Assembly: GCF_009914755.1 (NCBI RefSeq)
Contig: NC_060931.1
Reading direction: 5' to 3' (one strand)
Source: the human T2T-CHM13v2.0 reference genome, Homo sapiens
Length of the DNA stretch: 64,000 nucleotides
Both the position numbers and the translations under genes were made by a program. The notes below the pieces were generated by a model. It saw nothing but the letters and a program-made list of their open reading frames with translations, searched no databases and had not been told where the DNA came from. Shown here in pieces: positions 24,535-38,958 of this stretch; the stretch's first letter is position 1; each line of letters begins with the position of its first letter.

Positions 24535-24780
24535 TTTTTAAAGAGAATCAGGACTGAACACTTGTTAAAGAGGGCAAGACGGATTGTATTCAGACAGCTG
24601 CAGTAAGGGAGACAATCCAGTATAAACTGAGCTCAACTTCAACTAAGACCAAGGTGGCTGAGGTTTTTAAAAGGAGGACGGAGAGGGAACAAAAAGGAAG
24701 AACAAAAAAGAAACTTGGAGCCTATGAAGAAATGGAAAATTACAGAAGGGGCTCAGTGGAGAATTACTGAAAAAGTGGTG
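24535..24780 (-). mobile_element. ERV1 LTR fragment (MER31/MER92-like)
   Basis: 'cacttgttaaagagggcaagacggattgtattcagac...aactgagctcaactt'. Confidence 0.5.
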
Positions 24781-25419
24781 TGGCAATTTGTGTTGCGTCC
24801 ACGTGCACTTTAGGGTTTGGCAGCATTGTGTTAAAGCAATGTAATTTATAAGTAAAATGTATGATTGATGGATTGACTGATACTGGAAGGAAATTATAAA
24901 CTATTGGCATTAGCTATCTCTCTTTGAACCTTTTGCTTCTTCTTTATATATTTTTCGAATTTGTTATAATGACCATTTTTTTAATTGTATGAAACAAAAA
25001 GTCATGGTATCACGACTAAATTTCTTATAAAAACAAACAATGATAAATTAAATTGCTTTAGAAGAAAATACAATTTTCTGGTTATTGATTCCTAGGCATT
25101 AAATCATAATTTGCAAATGATAATGAATAGAAGCCAGAGAAAGGGAGTTTGCTAGTTAATTTGTTTTCATTCTGAGTTCAGACAGAAGTCTGTGTTGCTG
25201 TTCTCAGATTATTCCATATGGCATCACATCATCAAATTTAATTTGGATAGAATATTTTAGGCAGATACATTCAATCAATAATTGTATTCATATTTGTAAA
25301 ACCAAACTGAATTTTTTTCTACTAACATGAACTAAGAGATAAATGTGTAGGCTGATGGTTTGCATTAATATTTTTACACTTAAATTTTTGGTCTGTGACT
25401 TATAGTGAAATGATATTTA

Positions 25420-25766
<347 letters not shown>

Positions 25767-27774
25767 CTATACCTAGGTGTGCATGGATTTATAAAAAATC
25801 TTTCTTGAGGCCTAGAAAAAATCTTTTAGGTTTTTTGTATGCAAATAATATAGATACATTACAAAAGAAACCAAACCACTGTTTAGTTGTAGATATATGT
25901 AGATTGGTTTGGTTTCTTTAGTAAGTTGTATCATATATTCTTCTCAGAGAGCATCCTCACTTGATATGTCACAATTAGATCAGAGTTTGACACCACCTTT
26001 TTCCTACCCTTGAACAAAATGTCAAAAATCATGAGAATGTGTGCACAACTAATTACTGAAGTATATAGTCACTAAATGCTTGAAATTTAGTCTTTGAAGT
26101 TTAACTTATTTGATTTGTGTGACATTAAAAATTGACTTTACAGATGATCATATGTGGCAACTATTGAAGTGAGTTGAGAACCTTAACCAAAATGACCCAG
26201 TTCTTTTCAAACATTTTTATTAAACATATTCCATAGAGATGTGCAGACTTTAAATTAAGAATTGCAACTGTGATATTCAATGAGGGAATATTTAAATAAC
26301 CAGAGCACTGTGAGACTCAATGAACCATGCAAACATTTTGGATATTGGCTTGAGGAATAGAACTTAATTAAATTTAGACATTCTTAGAGTAATTGCTGAA
26401 AATTGTGTCTATCTTTTGCAAAACCTGGTATTAAATGCAAGGAAACCAATAACAAGTCACCTCGATGATGTGTCTACTGTGTCAGGCAATAGTATAAGTG
26501 CCCCAGAACATGTGAAGGACTTTTGGGTCCCCCCTTATTAGCTTAAAACAGAAGAGGGATCTTTCACTTTGAGTTTTGCCTTGGAATCCCTGAAGGCCGG
26601 GGGAGGTCATGGGGAGAGTTCTGGACATGGACTCAGGACGTCTGATCAGTCATGGCACTTGCTGGATTTACAGTCTCCAGGGAATCACTTGCATTTTTGT
26701 GAGGGAAAAATTTTAAAGTTATGAGATTTGAGAGGAAGAAGGAAAAAAGATAAATTGAATGGCAAGGTTATGCCTCCAAATGCTTTCCAAATACTTACTT
26801 ACCAGAGATGGAATACAAATTTCATTTTGAATTTTCCAGTAGCCGAGGGGGTGGAAATCTAATCGATCGCACAATCCATGATGCTGATAATAAAAATAAA
26901 GATGTGTTGCCTAGGAGGAGCATATTTATTTCTTATTTTGAGACCTGAGAGAAATCTTCCCATTAGTCCTTATGATATAATGAAAAATTTTTTCAAATCC
27001 TTACAGAAAATACAAACATAAAGTTCAAAAATCTGCCTATAACTTTCTTCCCTGTACATTGATGGGATAGTGTCACATGCAGCTCACTGGAAGCAATTCA
27101 AAGGGAAGTCAATGCTATCCAGTCCAGATGTGCAAGTCCCAAATGGACTGGTCTGGCCCAAGTATTGAGTTCACTCTAGCTAGGGGGACAGAGGACTGAA
27201 GATCCTGAAGGCTGTCTTCCCTATCCCCCCATCTAATGCCAGCCTGTGTGAATTAGGAGGCAGAGGCAGGGCTTATAACCTCAGTAACGTAAGTACATGC
27301 TGGGAGCACACAACCGTAAAAGGCAAAATGCTCTATGGATGTGAGACATTTCTCACTTGAGATTCTTGAACAATATTCTGTTAAACACATAATGAGACTT
27401 ATCTATTATCTCTTACTTTTTTTCCAGCAGATTGGTGCACTTTTTCATTTCCTTAGGAATAACTAATTGGACTTTTAGGGGAGTACAGATGTTGACAGAG
27501 TGGGGTCAGGAGACAGTAGGATTGAAGCAGACTCCGGTCTTTTGGGATCTTGTCAGTGGAGGATGGGAGCCGGGAGGCTGCCGTGCTGAGGATGTGAGTG
27601 CTCACAGCTAGAGTTCTCCCAGGGCTAGCACAGGAGGGCCTGTGTCTCTGGGACAGGCTGCAGAGCATCCTACAGCGCTTGAGTAGACGATGCCCTTGGA
27701 GTAGAACGTGGCTCCGTACAAGCAGTGTTTTGAGGGAAGGATTAACCAACATCTCCATAAGGTTACAAGGGACA

Positions 27775-28385
27775 TAGTAATAGCTACAATTTATTTTTTA
27801 GGACCTAAAAGTTTCCAGGATTTTCCAGGAGCTTTTTAACTTATATTAAATCATTTAAGCCTTACAGTAACACTATGAAATCAATATAATGTACATTTTA
27901 CAAATCAGAAAACAAGGCTGAGAGGTGATATATAAGTTGCCCAAAGTCACACAACTGTTAAGATGTGCTAGGAACTGAATTGTGTCCTCCTAAAATTTGT
28001 ATATTGAAGCTTTAATCCCCAGTGTGACAGAATTTAGAAATAGGGCCTGTGAGGGAGGTGATAAAGTGTAAATGATTTCCCGATGGTAGGGCCCTTCTCT
28101 GATAGGAGTGGGGCCTTTATGTAAGAAGATAAAGAGACCCCAGAGCCCTCCCTGTCTTTTTTGTGATGTGAGGACACAGTGAGAAGGCAGCTGTCTGTAA
28201 GCCAGGACAAGAGCCCGCACCAGACAAGAACCCACCTGTATCTGCATCTGGAAATTTCCAGCCCCCAGAACTGTGAGAAATACATTTCTGTTATTTAAGC
28301 TACCCAGTCTGTGATATTTTATTATGGCAGCACCAATATAAGAATGAAAGGCAGAATTTAAATTTGGCCTGTGTGTCCCCTGAGG
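27775..28385 (-). mobile_element. MIR interrupted by an MLT1A LTR
   Basis: 'cattttacaaatcagaaaacaaggctgagagg...aagttgcccaaagtcacacaactgttaag' resumes after the LTR as 'ggcagaatttaaatt'. Confidence 0.65.
27966..28344 (+). mobile_element. MLT1A/A0-like MaLR solo LTR
   Basis: 'ctgaattgtgtcctcctaaaatttgtatattgaag' ... 'ccagaactgtgagaaatacatttctgttatttaagctacccagtctgtg'. Confidence 0.85.
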
Positions 28386-30952
28386 TCTAATTGATACCAT
28401 GGTACTTCTGCAGCAATGGGGATAACTTACAATATGTGATGTCATTTAATTTATATGCTCGTTTAAAACATGCTCTAATGCCATCAAATTTGAGGACAAC
28501 CAAAGCTTCACTTGTTAAGAAATGTCTTTTATCCCTCCAAAATTTCTTGTTTGAACTGAATGATGTTTCACATTCTCATGATTAAAGCAGAGAGAAACCA
28601 ATATAATAATTGTTGAGAAACCTAGGGGAGGTTTCACCTGGACAAGATCTGGCTGGAGGATTACCACCTTCAAACAAGAGCCAAAAAAAAAAAAGAGGTT
28701 TTCTTTGTCTGTTGCCAGAGATCTCTCATGTGGTACCCATGGTTAGAAGGCTGAGGACTATGTATGTTGGATCCATGCAAGTGGGAATTTGTAATATTTG
28801 AAAATGGCCAGAGAGGAAAGAGCTGCGTGCAGAAATAAAGCCACTTCACAAACGGGGCCTTTGACATGAACTCAAGTTAGGAGTGAGAACCACATGTTTC
28901 AAATCGTGACGTCCCATGTCTCTAGAGCCTAAAGTTAGAAGCATTCAAAGAAGATCTGGTGGTTCCAAGCTAAGTTTTTGTTGTAGCTGTTTTCCCAAAT
29001 GAATGATTTCTAGGATCAGATCATGTTTTCCTAAAGTCAAAGCTGTGGCGAGGGCCCAGGCAGTAAGGTCTGTTTCCAGGAAATGGGTGCTGGGACGTGT
29101 CTATCTCGCCTCATGGACAACCCTGGCCCACGGGCTGACCAGGCTTCCGGAGCAGGAGCGCCTTTACTTGGCTCTCACTTTGCACCTCACTTTCCACCCG
29201 AGGAGAGCCTGTCTGAGAAGAGTGACTGTTCTTCCGTCAGTGGTAGAGAAAACCTAGGAAGCTATTTTCGAGAGAGTTGTAGATGAACAAATATGTTTCT
29301 TTGGATGCTAAATGTAAACTATGAAAATGACTATGGTGTTCTAGAGCTGTGGGGAATGTCTGGTGGTATGGTGGAGGGGCACGGAGTATAGGAAATTCTA
29401 GCAGTCATGCAGCAGATCATCAGCAGTGCTGAGGTTTTAATTGCATGTACTGTCTGCCTCGCAGGGGCCCATCACATCTGATTAGTGACTGATTCCAGAT
29501 CCATCATTTGTTTATCAGGATGTGCCAGCTGCTGCTTGGTAGCCCCCAGCATGGTGGAAAGCCGTTTTATAAACCTCAAGTGCTGTGTAATAATGTTTAG
29601 CGGTGGGAGGGGGTGACTATGGATCACTGAGCACAAATCAGTCAGTTAGGTTCTCAAATAAATAAGTCTTTGTTAACTCCTCTGATTCTATTTTGTGAGC
29701 ATAAGGAGTATTGGTTTGATTATTTTTTCTTCCCATATTACTAAGAAAATTGCTTCAGTGCAGCTTCAAAAGCTGTTTGCATAAAAAGCCGATTATTCAC
29801 TCTTTTATTGTTCATTTTTGTGGATCCGGCATTCAAGAAAACTCTCCAAAATCTCTAGTTAGTTTCCCCGTATTTCAGGTTCGCAGTGAGTCAAGCCACT
29901 CATAGTTTGTCCCTCTCCATCCTCTCTCTGACCCCCGAGTCAGAGCTGTTGCCCTGTCTCAAGTTTTCTGCCTCTTGGTGAAAGCTGGTCAACACTATAG
30001 TGGGTTAACATGAGTGACTTGATGGGATGCAAAGAACAGACTCAGATGGTGTCAGGAGAAGAGCTAGAAGGAATACCTTTTTCAAGATTGGATGCCACTG
30101 CAAGGACAGAAAATTGAAATATTTGGTCTTATTTGGATTCCAGAGGAATGTGGACTGGAATTTTTTTCTGTCTGAATTATGAGACATAATGCATACAAGC
30201 GAAGCTGTCTGTTCTGGCCCAGGAGGGATTCCAGAGCAAGTGGCCTTTGTGCTCCAGACTCAAGTAACCAAAGCAAGAAAGAGGCCTGACTATTCCCTGT
30301 TTGCAGAGATGAATTCCACTTAGGCTTGTGGCCATGTTTTGAGAGCTAGTATTTGCTGAAACAGCCTAAGATGTTTACACATTACTTTTTTTTTTTTTTT
30401 TAAAGTAAGAGAATCAGGAAAAAGCAGTAAACAGAACAGTCAGCTCAAAGTACTGTAGGCAAGCAAAAAGAAACAATTTCATAGTGGAGGAATTAAATGA
30501 ATTGGTGGAATTTAAGGTAGGGATTCAGTGTTTTAAGTATGGATATAAAATTTTCACTTAAACAGTACTGAGCAAGTCTTTCTTTTGGAAGTTTCATGAC
30601 TCAGAGCTTAACTGTTATAGTGCATATAACAAATCGCCAGATATAGCAGATTTCCTAAAATGCTTTGGACGTGGAGCTTTTTCCCTCAGACCTTCCGGGA
30701 GGACAGAGGTTCTGTGGGACACACTCAGGGAGGCCCTGCAGTAGAAATGTACTTAGCATGGTTTGCATTTCTTCTAATCATTCATCCTACTTGATGCCCT
30801 TGTCCACACATTTCTTATAATGTGTAATAATTTTTGCAGACATTTTTCATGGAGTACCATTTTTGTGGGAAATCATGACCAAAGCAATTGTTTATATTAT
30901 GCTTGATAGAAAATAACTCCTAGGAGGAGAATGTTGTAAATTCAACTCTTTT

Positions 30953-31256
<304 letters not shown>

Positions 31257-31968
31257 TAAGTGATGTCATTAGTGTTATATAAATACTTGATAAATACATG
31301 TTAAATCTTAGTGGATATGCATGAACTAGTAAATGGCTATTGCAGTGCCATAGCTCATGAGAGATGTTATCATTCAGGAAATAAAAAGAAACCTAAAACT
31401 ATATTATCTGTATACTTTAACTTACTTAAAAGTTACTAAAACGTCATGACATTTTAATTTTATTTTATTTTTAATTGGATGCCTTTAGGTATGATAGTTT
31501 ACTGAAGTCAGTATAGGGGAGAACCTAAAACCTTAGAGATAATACAGGAGAGTAAATGAGATTAAGAAACTTGTGTTGAGAGTTTCACCATCCAGTGTAA
31601 CTCAGTGACACAACAGTGAATCCACACCCTTACCTGTAGGATGCTTCCAGAAATCACCCTATAATCATGTGTCAGTGAACTTAGGAATGTTCTTATCAGG
31701 AATTGTCTGTATACTTGCAGAATAATTGTCTTTAAAGTTATTGGGAATAAATATGGGAGATAATGCAATAATTTGTGCAAGTCCAATATTAGTGATTTCC
31801 CTGGAGATGCTGAAATAGAGGGAAATTTCATAGTATGAATTTGGCCATGTAGCTTTAATACATGTCATCTAGAAGGTGGCCAGATTCTGTAGAAAAGAAG
31901 TGTGTTTACTCATGCTTTCACTGCATAGTAAAAGATATCTCATAATATTATTCATCTCCCGTTTCTGT

Positions 31969-32240
31969 TTTTTTTCCAACTTTTATTTTTAGATTCAGAA
32001 GAATACATGTGCAGGTTTGATACCTGGGTGTACTGTGTGATGCTGAGGTTTGGGGTACAAGTGATCTCATAGTGAGCTCATGAACTCTGAGCATAGTACC
32101 CAACAGTTTGTTTTTCCCCTTCCCTTTCCCCGAGTCGCTGCATTGCCCTCCTGCTCCAGCAGTCCCCAGTGTCTACTGGTACCATCTTTATGTCTCTAAG
32201 TACCCAATGTTTAGCTCCCACTTACAAGTGAGAACATGCA
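31969..32240 (-). mobile_element. L1PA15/16-like 3' end
   Basis: 'tacatgtgcaggtttg...tgatgctgaggtttggggtac...tttagctcccacttacaagtgagaacatgc'. Confidence 0.85.
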
Positions 32241-32699
32241 GTTTTCTGTGAACTTCTTGCTTACTGTAACCAATAAGAAGTGGAAAATATGGGAATTCCA
32301 ATATTCTGCCATACTCATAAAAATCCAAATTCAAATTCTGGTTTAAACTTCATTTTCTCATGGGTGAGCCCCTTTCCTGATGGCTCCAGGAACATAAAGC
32401 TCTCAGAAACATCAGATGTGAAAAATCTCCCAAGCGAAGAGGAGACACAGCTCAGTGAGGCCCATGGACGTATTAAGCAAATGTTTTCAGAGATTGTTTA
32501 TATGTGCCAATTTCTTATTCAAGAAATGAAAGGGTCTACCATTAATGAGTTTGGACAGCAGAGGTCCAGCTTACAAGCACTAATTCACGATAATTTGACT
32601 ATTTTACTCAAGTAAAAAACAAACACCAAACAAAAAACTAATCATTCAATGAATGATTTTAGTTTTGTATGTACAGAAAGGTTTCCAGTTTGTAATGTC

Positions 32700-33230
32700 C
32701 ACAACGTAGGTAAAGATGTCAAAAATGTCCCAGAGGGCTAGAGTCCTGCATGTTGGTTGGGGAGCAGCAACAGCTGAGGTCTATTAGAGACAAGGTCATA
32801 GAAGCACTGGGATGAGAAGCGAAGATTTGAAATGTTGCCCCCAGCGCTACAGGGCATTGTGCAAGGACTTAACCTGGGCACTGATGTGATGACAGTTCAT
32901 CTTAGAAAACGCAATCTGTCAGTTGTGCAGAGGATGAATGGAAAAAAGAAGACCAATGGTAATAATCCCTGATAGATGGAGAGATAGCAGAGCTTTAAAA
33001 GATGAAGAAAAGGTGACAGTTAGGACTCATTCTATTACAGGGGCCTATGTGTAAGGGAAGGGAAAAAGTCAATGAAGATTTCTGGGTTTGGCCATGGAAT
33101 TGGCTGGGTGATGATTCATGAAGGTTGGCAGCACAGGAGGAGACTGAGGGCAGGTTTTGCTGCAGGAGAGGATGGCAACAGGTGGATGAATGTGTGATGT
33201 TTCACCTAAGGTGTGTTTGGACCGCAACGT
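32700..33230 (-). mobile_element. Degraded L2
   Basis: Purine-rich antisense L2 pattern, e.g. 'aagtcaatgaagatttctgggtttgg'. Confidence 0.5.
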
Positions 33231-33761
33231 GGAAAGGTCTGCTCAGACGGGAATCGCACACTCAGAGTGGACGTCATGCATGCTAGTAGAGAATATCTCT
33301 ACATCAATCCTTATGATGACTGGCTGAGTCCCTGAAGGGCGTCGATTCTATCCTCTCAACCTTTAAAGCAATTTAAAACACTGCAGTATTTACATTTGGA
33401 AATGTCATTAAGTTACTAAACTTTCCATTTTCACAGTTCTAGGTAAGCCAAGCCAGGTCTGTCAGAACGATCGGCTTTGCCCTGGCAGAGTTAGATAACT
33501 ATAGATATGAAAGCTTCTAAAATATTGTCCTATAAATACTTCCCTGGGCAATATTTATACTATGTTACTCAATTAATTGTATATCCATTGCTGAATATAA
33601 ATTTCTGCTTATTAATGGGCCATAAAATTGTAGCAAACAGAAGCCCTAGAAAGGTAATGCAGCATGGAAGATTGTGAGAGCCCTGGTCTTTGATTCAGAC
33701 TCTGGTTTAGGGTCAATGGATCTGACACGTAGCAGCCACATTACCTTGGGCAAGTCACTTT

Positions 33762-34058
<297 letters not shown>

Positions 34059-34120
34059 GGCAATTCACTTTCGTCCTCATTTTTGGGCTTCACTTTTCCT
34101 TTTTCAAAAGGAAGTTATTT

Positions 34121-34379
34121 CCGAATGTTCTCACTTATAAATGGGAGCTGAACGATGAGAACACATGAACACATGGGCGGGAACAACACACACGGGGCCT
34201 GTCAGTGGGGGTGGGGGAAGGGAGAGCATCAGGAAGAAGAGCTAATGGAGCCTGGGTTTAATACCTAGGTGATGGGTTGATTGGAGCAGCAAACCACCAT
34301 GGCACACGTTTACCTATGTAACAAACCTGCATACACTGCACATGTACCCTGGAACTTAAAAGTCGAAGGAAAAAAAAAA
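34121..34379 (+). mobile_element. Mid-age L1PA (PA11-13-like) 3' end with poly(A)
   Basis: 'atgttctcacttataaatgggagctgaacgatgagaacacatg...ttaatacctaggtgatgggttga...cacatgtaccctggaacttaaaa'. Confidence 0.9.
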
Positions 34380-36286
34380 GGTGATAGATGATTTAAATAT
34401 ACAATCTCTAGGACTCTATCCATCTGTTAAGCATCTATGGTTTCTATAGAAACTTAGATTTTCACACACAATCTATAATTTCAACAACAATGCTTGTGAT
34501 TATTACTATCAATATATTAGTGAGATAGCAAACCCTTGACATTTACTAGTTCAACTGTAAAAAACACTGAAATGTAGAATGGTGAAGGAATATATCTGAG
34601 AGAGAGAGGCAGGCAAGTTGTCTGTGTGAAATTGGTCAGATGCTAACACAATACAGAATATTTGTGGCCAAGAGGACTTCCTACCCAAAGTCAGTCTTCA
34701 AATACAGAAATTCCTAACTTTAAAATACCAACCTTCGGTGATACTTCAGAAGCAAATTATAATTCCTAATAAAAGACCTTGACATTGTAACAAAATTAAA
34801 CCCAAGAGCACTTCCCAGTACAAAACAGACATCAGAATGACAGGGTAAGTTTCCCCTGTCTCTATGGCCACAGATATAGAACCTTGTGATGTGGGAGTGG
34901 CAAACAAACAGCAATGCAGGAAGGAAGAGCGAGTGAGTTAGTGTGAGTGCGTGTGCACACCCACACGTTTCTCATCTTACATATTCATCACTGGAGAGTT
35001 TTCACTAATGAGTCTTTGACACCTGCCCCTGTGGATATTTTGTTCTAAATGCTTCCTTGGTACAGTCATGATAAAAGACGGCTCCAGTCCATGGAAGTTA
35101 TCCATGTTGTCCTGCTTTCCAAAAAGTATTTCAGGCAGCTTCAAAAATAAACATTGCTTTTTTTGGATGATATCACATTGCTTCTTTAGAGATAACTATC
35201 CCAAGGATCTAAGCAAGTCAATAGAGCCAACCAGACTTACTAAGATATGAATCCACCCCATTTCCAATACCTTTCCATCACTCCATTTGGTGCAAAGAGT
35301 CGCCCCCAAGACTGTTGCTCCAACCTGCATGTCGCCACTTCCTCTGTGGTAAATATGGAAAGAAATTTGATGGACTAAAACAATAACAACAACAAACATA
35401 GGTCTTTACCTGCACTTCTGTGATCTGGTCTCTTAACAGCTGTCCACTGTTGCTGCTCCCAGAACTACATGCAGGGCTCCAGCCCTGTGGGACATTTTTG
35501 ACATCTGCAGAACAACATAAAGTTCTCCCTCACTTCCACGTCTTTGCATATGCCTTTTTCTGTGCTTGGAGTGTCATTTCCAAGCTTCCAAATTTGGCCA
35601 TGGCCTGACAGTGATGAGCTCAAGGCTTATCACTGTAGAAAGCCTTGTGGGCTAAGACAGATGGCTCTCTCCTTTTCTCCTTATTACACTGTTATTATTA
35701 TTGCCATACTTATTTCCTGCATGAAACTGTGAGTACCACAGAGACGTTTTCATCACAGTATCCACTGTGCCTAAAGAGCAAAGAGCAGATAATGCTTAAC
35801 TCCCTGAGCTCCACATTGGTTGAATTAACTCATAATTTCCTGATATAGGAATGCATACATTTTCCCTCCTTTATACATATGTAAATTTCCCCAGCCTCAT
35901 TTGACAGCCAGAGAAGTAGGTTCCTAATCACTCTGACACCTTGGCAGTTTAGCCTAAATGAGGTAAAATATTATGATACAAATATCTGATTGTTTTTCTT
36001 TGAAGGAATAATTAGCAGTTTGACAGATTGCATATGTGAATTATTCAGTGTGAGGCTGTAAATTTCCTACCTGCAGAATTTAACTCTAACTTGCAGTGAG
36101 CAGAAGGTCTGTGTCAAATTGGGATGTCTTTGAAAATGTTGGCTTGTTATTTGCAAAGTTTTTAAAAGAATAGCAAGCTGTAGAGAGGGACTTGTGACAC
36201 GAATAGGTGTATTTTAAAAGGGTCACTGCCAGGATATAAGAATCCCCTGTGGGATGTAATATTAAGACACAAAAATGTGTGAACCT

Positions 36287-36328
36287 ATTATAATATAATA
36301 TAATATAATATATATAATATAATATAAT
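36287..36328. repeat. (TATAA)n simple repeat
   Basis: Seen directly. Confidence 0.9.
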
Positions 36329-36566
36329 TAGGTTGTAAATTCCACATCTGACTAGTATCATTTGCGACTATTGACAAGTTACTTATCCTCTTTAATCCTC
36401 TATTTCTGAATACTGAAATTGGCATAATAGTGTTATCTGTGCTGTAGAATTGTTGCTGAGAGGGTCAAATAGTGAATGTGTGTGTGTGGCTTGAGCACAG
36501 AGCCTTGCAGGGATCCCTGACCATTATTAGTTTAGTGCTATTACTTGTGACCCTCCCAAGGGCAAG

Positions 36567-37094
36567 GGTTTGAAAATGTGGGTTTTATTATTGGGTATGG
36601 TAAGGTCAACAGATCATGAGATGATCATCATTGTTCAAAGAGAGTTGGTTATACTCAGATATCCCAAGAGAAGAGGGTGTTCTATTGAGGAACACACAGG
36701 GGCACGCTGGCCTGGGTCAGGAGGCAGAAGAAGCTGAAGTAAAATATGAGCAAAAGCCCTCATGGTGGCTTCCACGGGAAGAAGGGGTGAGGCGGGCTTA
36801 GGATTGGCTACTTGGAGTGATTTCAGCAGACTGTGAGCACAGGAACTGCCCCTGTGTCTGGAACCTGGCCCTGATGATCAGAAGAGGTGGACAGTGGCTC
36901 TCAGTGTGAAAGCCCGCAGAGGAGGTCATGGGGATGTGAGCTCTGATTGGGTAATCAACAAGAAAAGTGCACTCACAGGTGAGTGGTTTACTATCTCCTG
37001 GAATGGGTTAGCCCTGGGAGGGGCAGTCCCTCCAACGTCAGCAAGGCTCAATGTCAAAGCATTAGAATGCAGAAAATGAGATAGGGCTAGCACA
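36567..37094 (-). mobile_element. MER74-family ERVL solo LTR
   Basis: Antisense counterpart of 17728-18282 ('gcttaggattggcta', 'tttactatctc', 'gccctgggaggggcagtccctcc'); 5-bp TSD gcaag/gcatg. Confidence 0.8.
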
Positions 37095-38958
37095 GCATGT
37101 TGCTTCCACAGCAACATGGGTGGGAAGTCGGAAGCTTCTACAGGTCTCAGTCGCTAATTAGATCTGTCTCTGGGAGAAATGTAACAGGAGTCAGCTTTGT
37201 GAGTGGGATGCCCTGTCTAACCAGTGGGGGCTGGGGAGGCTGCAAGATAGGGGCCCAACTTTGAGTGACGTATGAGTTTTGCACTTATGCTGCAAGTGTC
37301 TTTGGGAGCAGTCTGTGGTGCAGCACTAGCTGTCCAGAGAGTGTCACCCTCCCACCTCCACTCAGAGCCTCCCACGGCAGGGTCTTTCCAGGATCTTCTC
37401 TCTCCTGTGGGGTAGCTCCAAATGTCCTGCTCCCCACTGACAAGAGGAAGCAGGCGACGCCCTGCAGTGTGTGAGAGCCGGGCATGGCCCCGGACCAGCT
37501 GTGCATCCCAGGACACATGGGATCCTCTGTTTCCAGCCCACCTGCCCAGGGTCGGCTGTGGGCCATAGGAACTGTTGCTCAGTGAGCCCAGAAATGGTGT
37601 GTCTCCTGTAGCTGTGGTCTGCTCTCTCGTTTCCTGGTTTATCACCCAGCTCCTCTCTAGCTGCTCTCAGGAGCCATCTTTTCCCTTTCTCCACTTGTAA
37701 AATCATGTCAAAAATATGTGCATCTATAAATCATTGACTGTCGTTTCTCACCTCCTCAGACCTTATATGTTCAAAGGCAAACACATTTTTGTGTTTTGTA
37801 TGAATCATTTCTCTCACAGGTTAATAATATAAGTGGATATTTTGGTAACTGTTCTTTGGCCCTTAAATTATTTTTTATGCCACAATTCAAATACACTTTT
37901 ATAGTATAGTCAATAAAATGATTACATTGTGTCTAATTCAGTAGACCAGAAAGGAATCTAGACAGAACACACCTCTAATAATATTTTCAGAATTTCCTAG
38001 TCTCTGTATCTCTTATATGATAGCACAAAAAGTTATCTAAACTGTGGAAAATGTGTGTTGATTATATCTGCTCAATACAGTAGCCAATTGTCTCTATTTC
38101 TCTTTAGGTCCTGCTTGCTTCATGTATGACAAATGTGTTGGTGCGCTTCCCTCGCATTTCTTGTCCTACTGTACTGTATTTCTTATTTCTCAGAGTTTGA
38201 CTTACATATCCCAGCAGTTCATACCCTACAGTCCCAGGGAAACCCCACTGGATCCCGTGAAGCCTCGGCTGTGGGGGGAAACCAATACAGTCACCATCTC
38301 TTTATCACAAAATGCTTTTGTCTTTTATGAATGAATTTCCCCGAGGAGAGAGAGAGAAAGTGCTAGTTTTATTAAATCTGCTCAAAAGTAATTCCTTTGA
38401 TGAACTGGCTGGGGGCAGCACTGGAAATTAGATGGCTAAGAAGGGAGTTTAGATTTGCTGTGTGTCCTGCCACTGCTCCTGAGGGCTCCAAAAGCAATCA
38501 GCTCTGCTGGGAGCAGACTGTCAGGAAGGGTCCTCGCGGGTCTCTGGATGGGGTTTGGATCTCCCTTCTGAAGTGCATCTTTCTGCAGCTAACTGGCATA
38601 TGCACCCCTACTCCATGCCACATTTCAGCCCTTCTACACACACACACGCTGCCTCTTTTTGTTTCACAAATGTAAATGTTCTAACCAAGACTCAGTGTGA
38701 GAACATGCACCATTAGATAGAGTCTAACGCTGGGTGCTTGTTTCACCATTTGGTAGTGCCCTATTTATTTCAGGGAGATTGTGGATGTCAGCAGAAGCCT
38801 GAAGAATGGGCAACCAGCCTGTCACTTATTCTGCTCTCTGAGAGTCTGACTTAATAAAAGTGGCTCCTGCTCTAACCAAGTCTTGGGGTAGGAATCACTT
38901 CTCAGATTCTAACCTGCGAGGCCAGTGAAGCCTCATATAGTGGGACTGAGAGGACCCT

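Noticed and set aside
28900-30610. Scattered AP-1/CRE words (tgacgtc, tgagtca, tgactca) as an enhancer
   Set aside because: A few 7-mers over 1.7 kb are not distinguishable from chance without chromatin data.
32280-32615. 111-aa ORF in non-repeat sequence
   Set aside because: GTG start, no recognisable domain and no convincing flanking splice sites; this length is expected by chance.
37217-37706. Overlapping 93-142 aa ORFs / possible CpG-island promoter
   Set aside because: A moderately GC-rich stretch lowers stop frequency; CpGs are sparse and no protein similarity is recognised.
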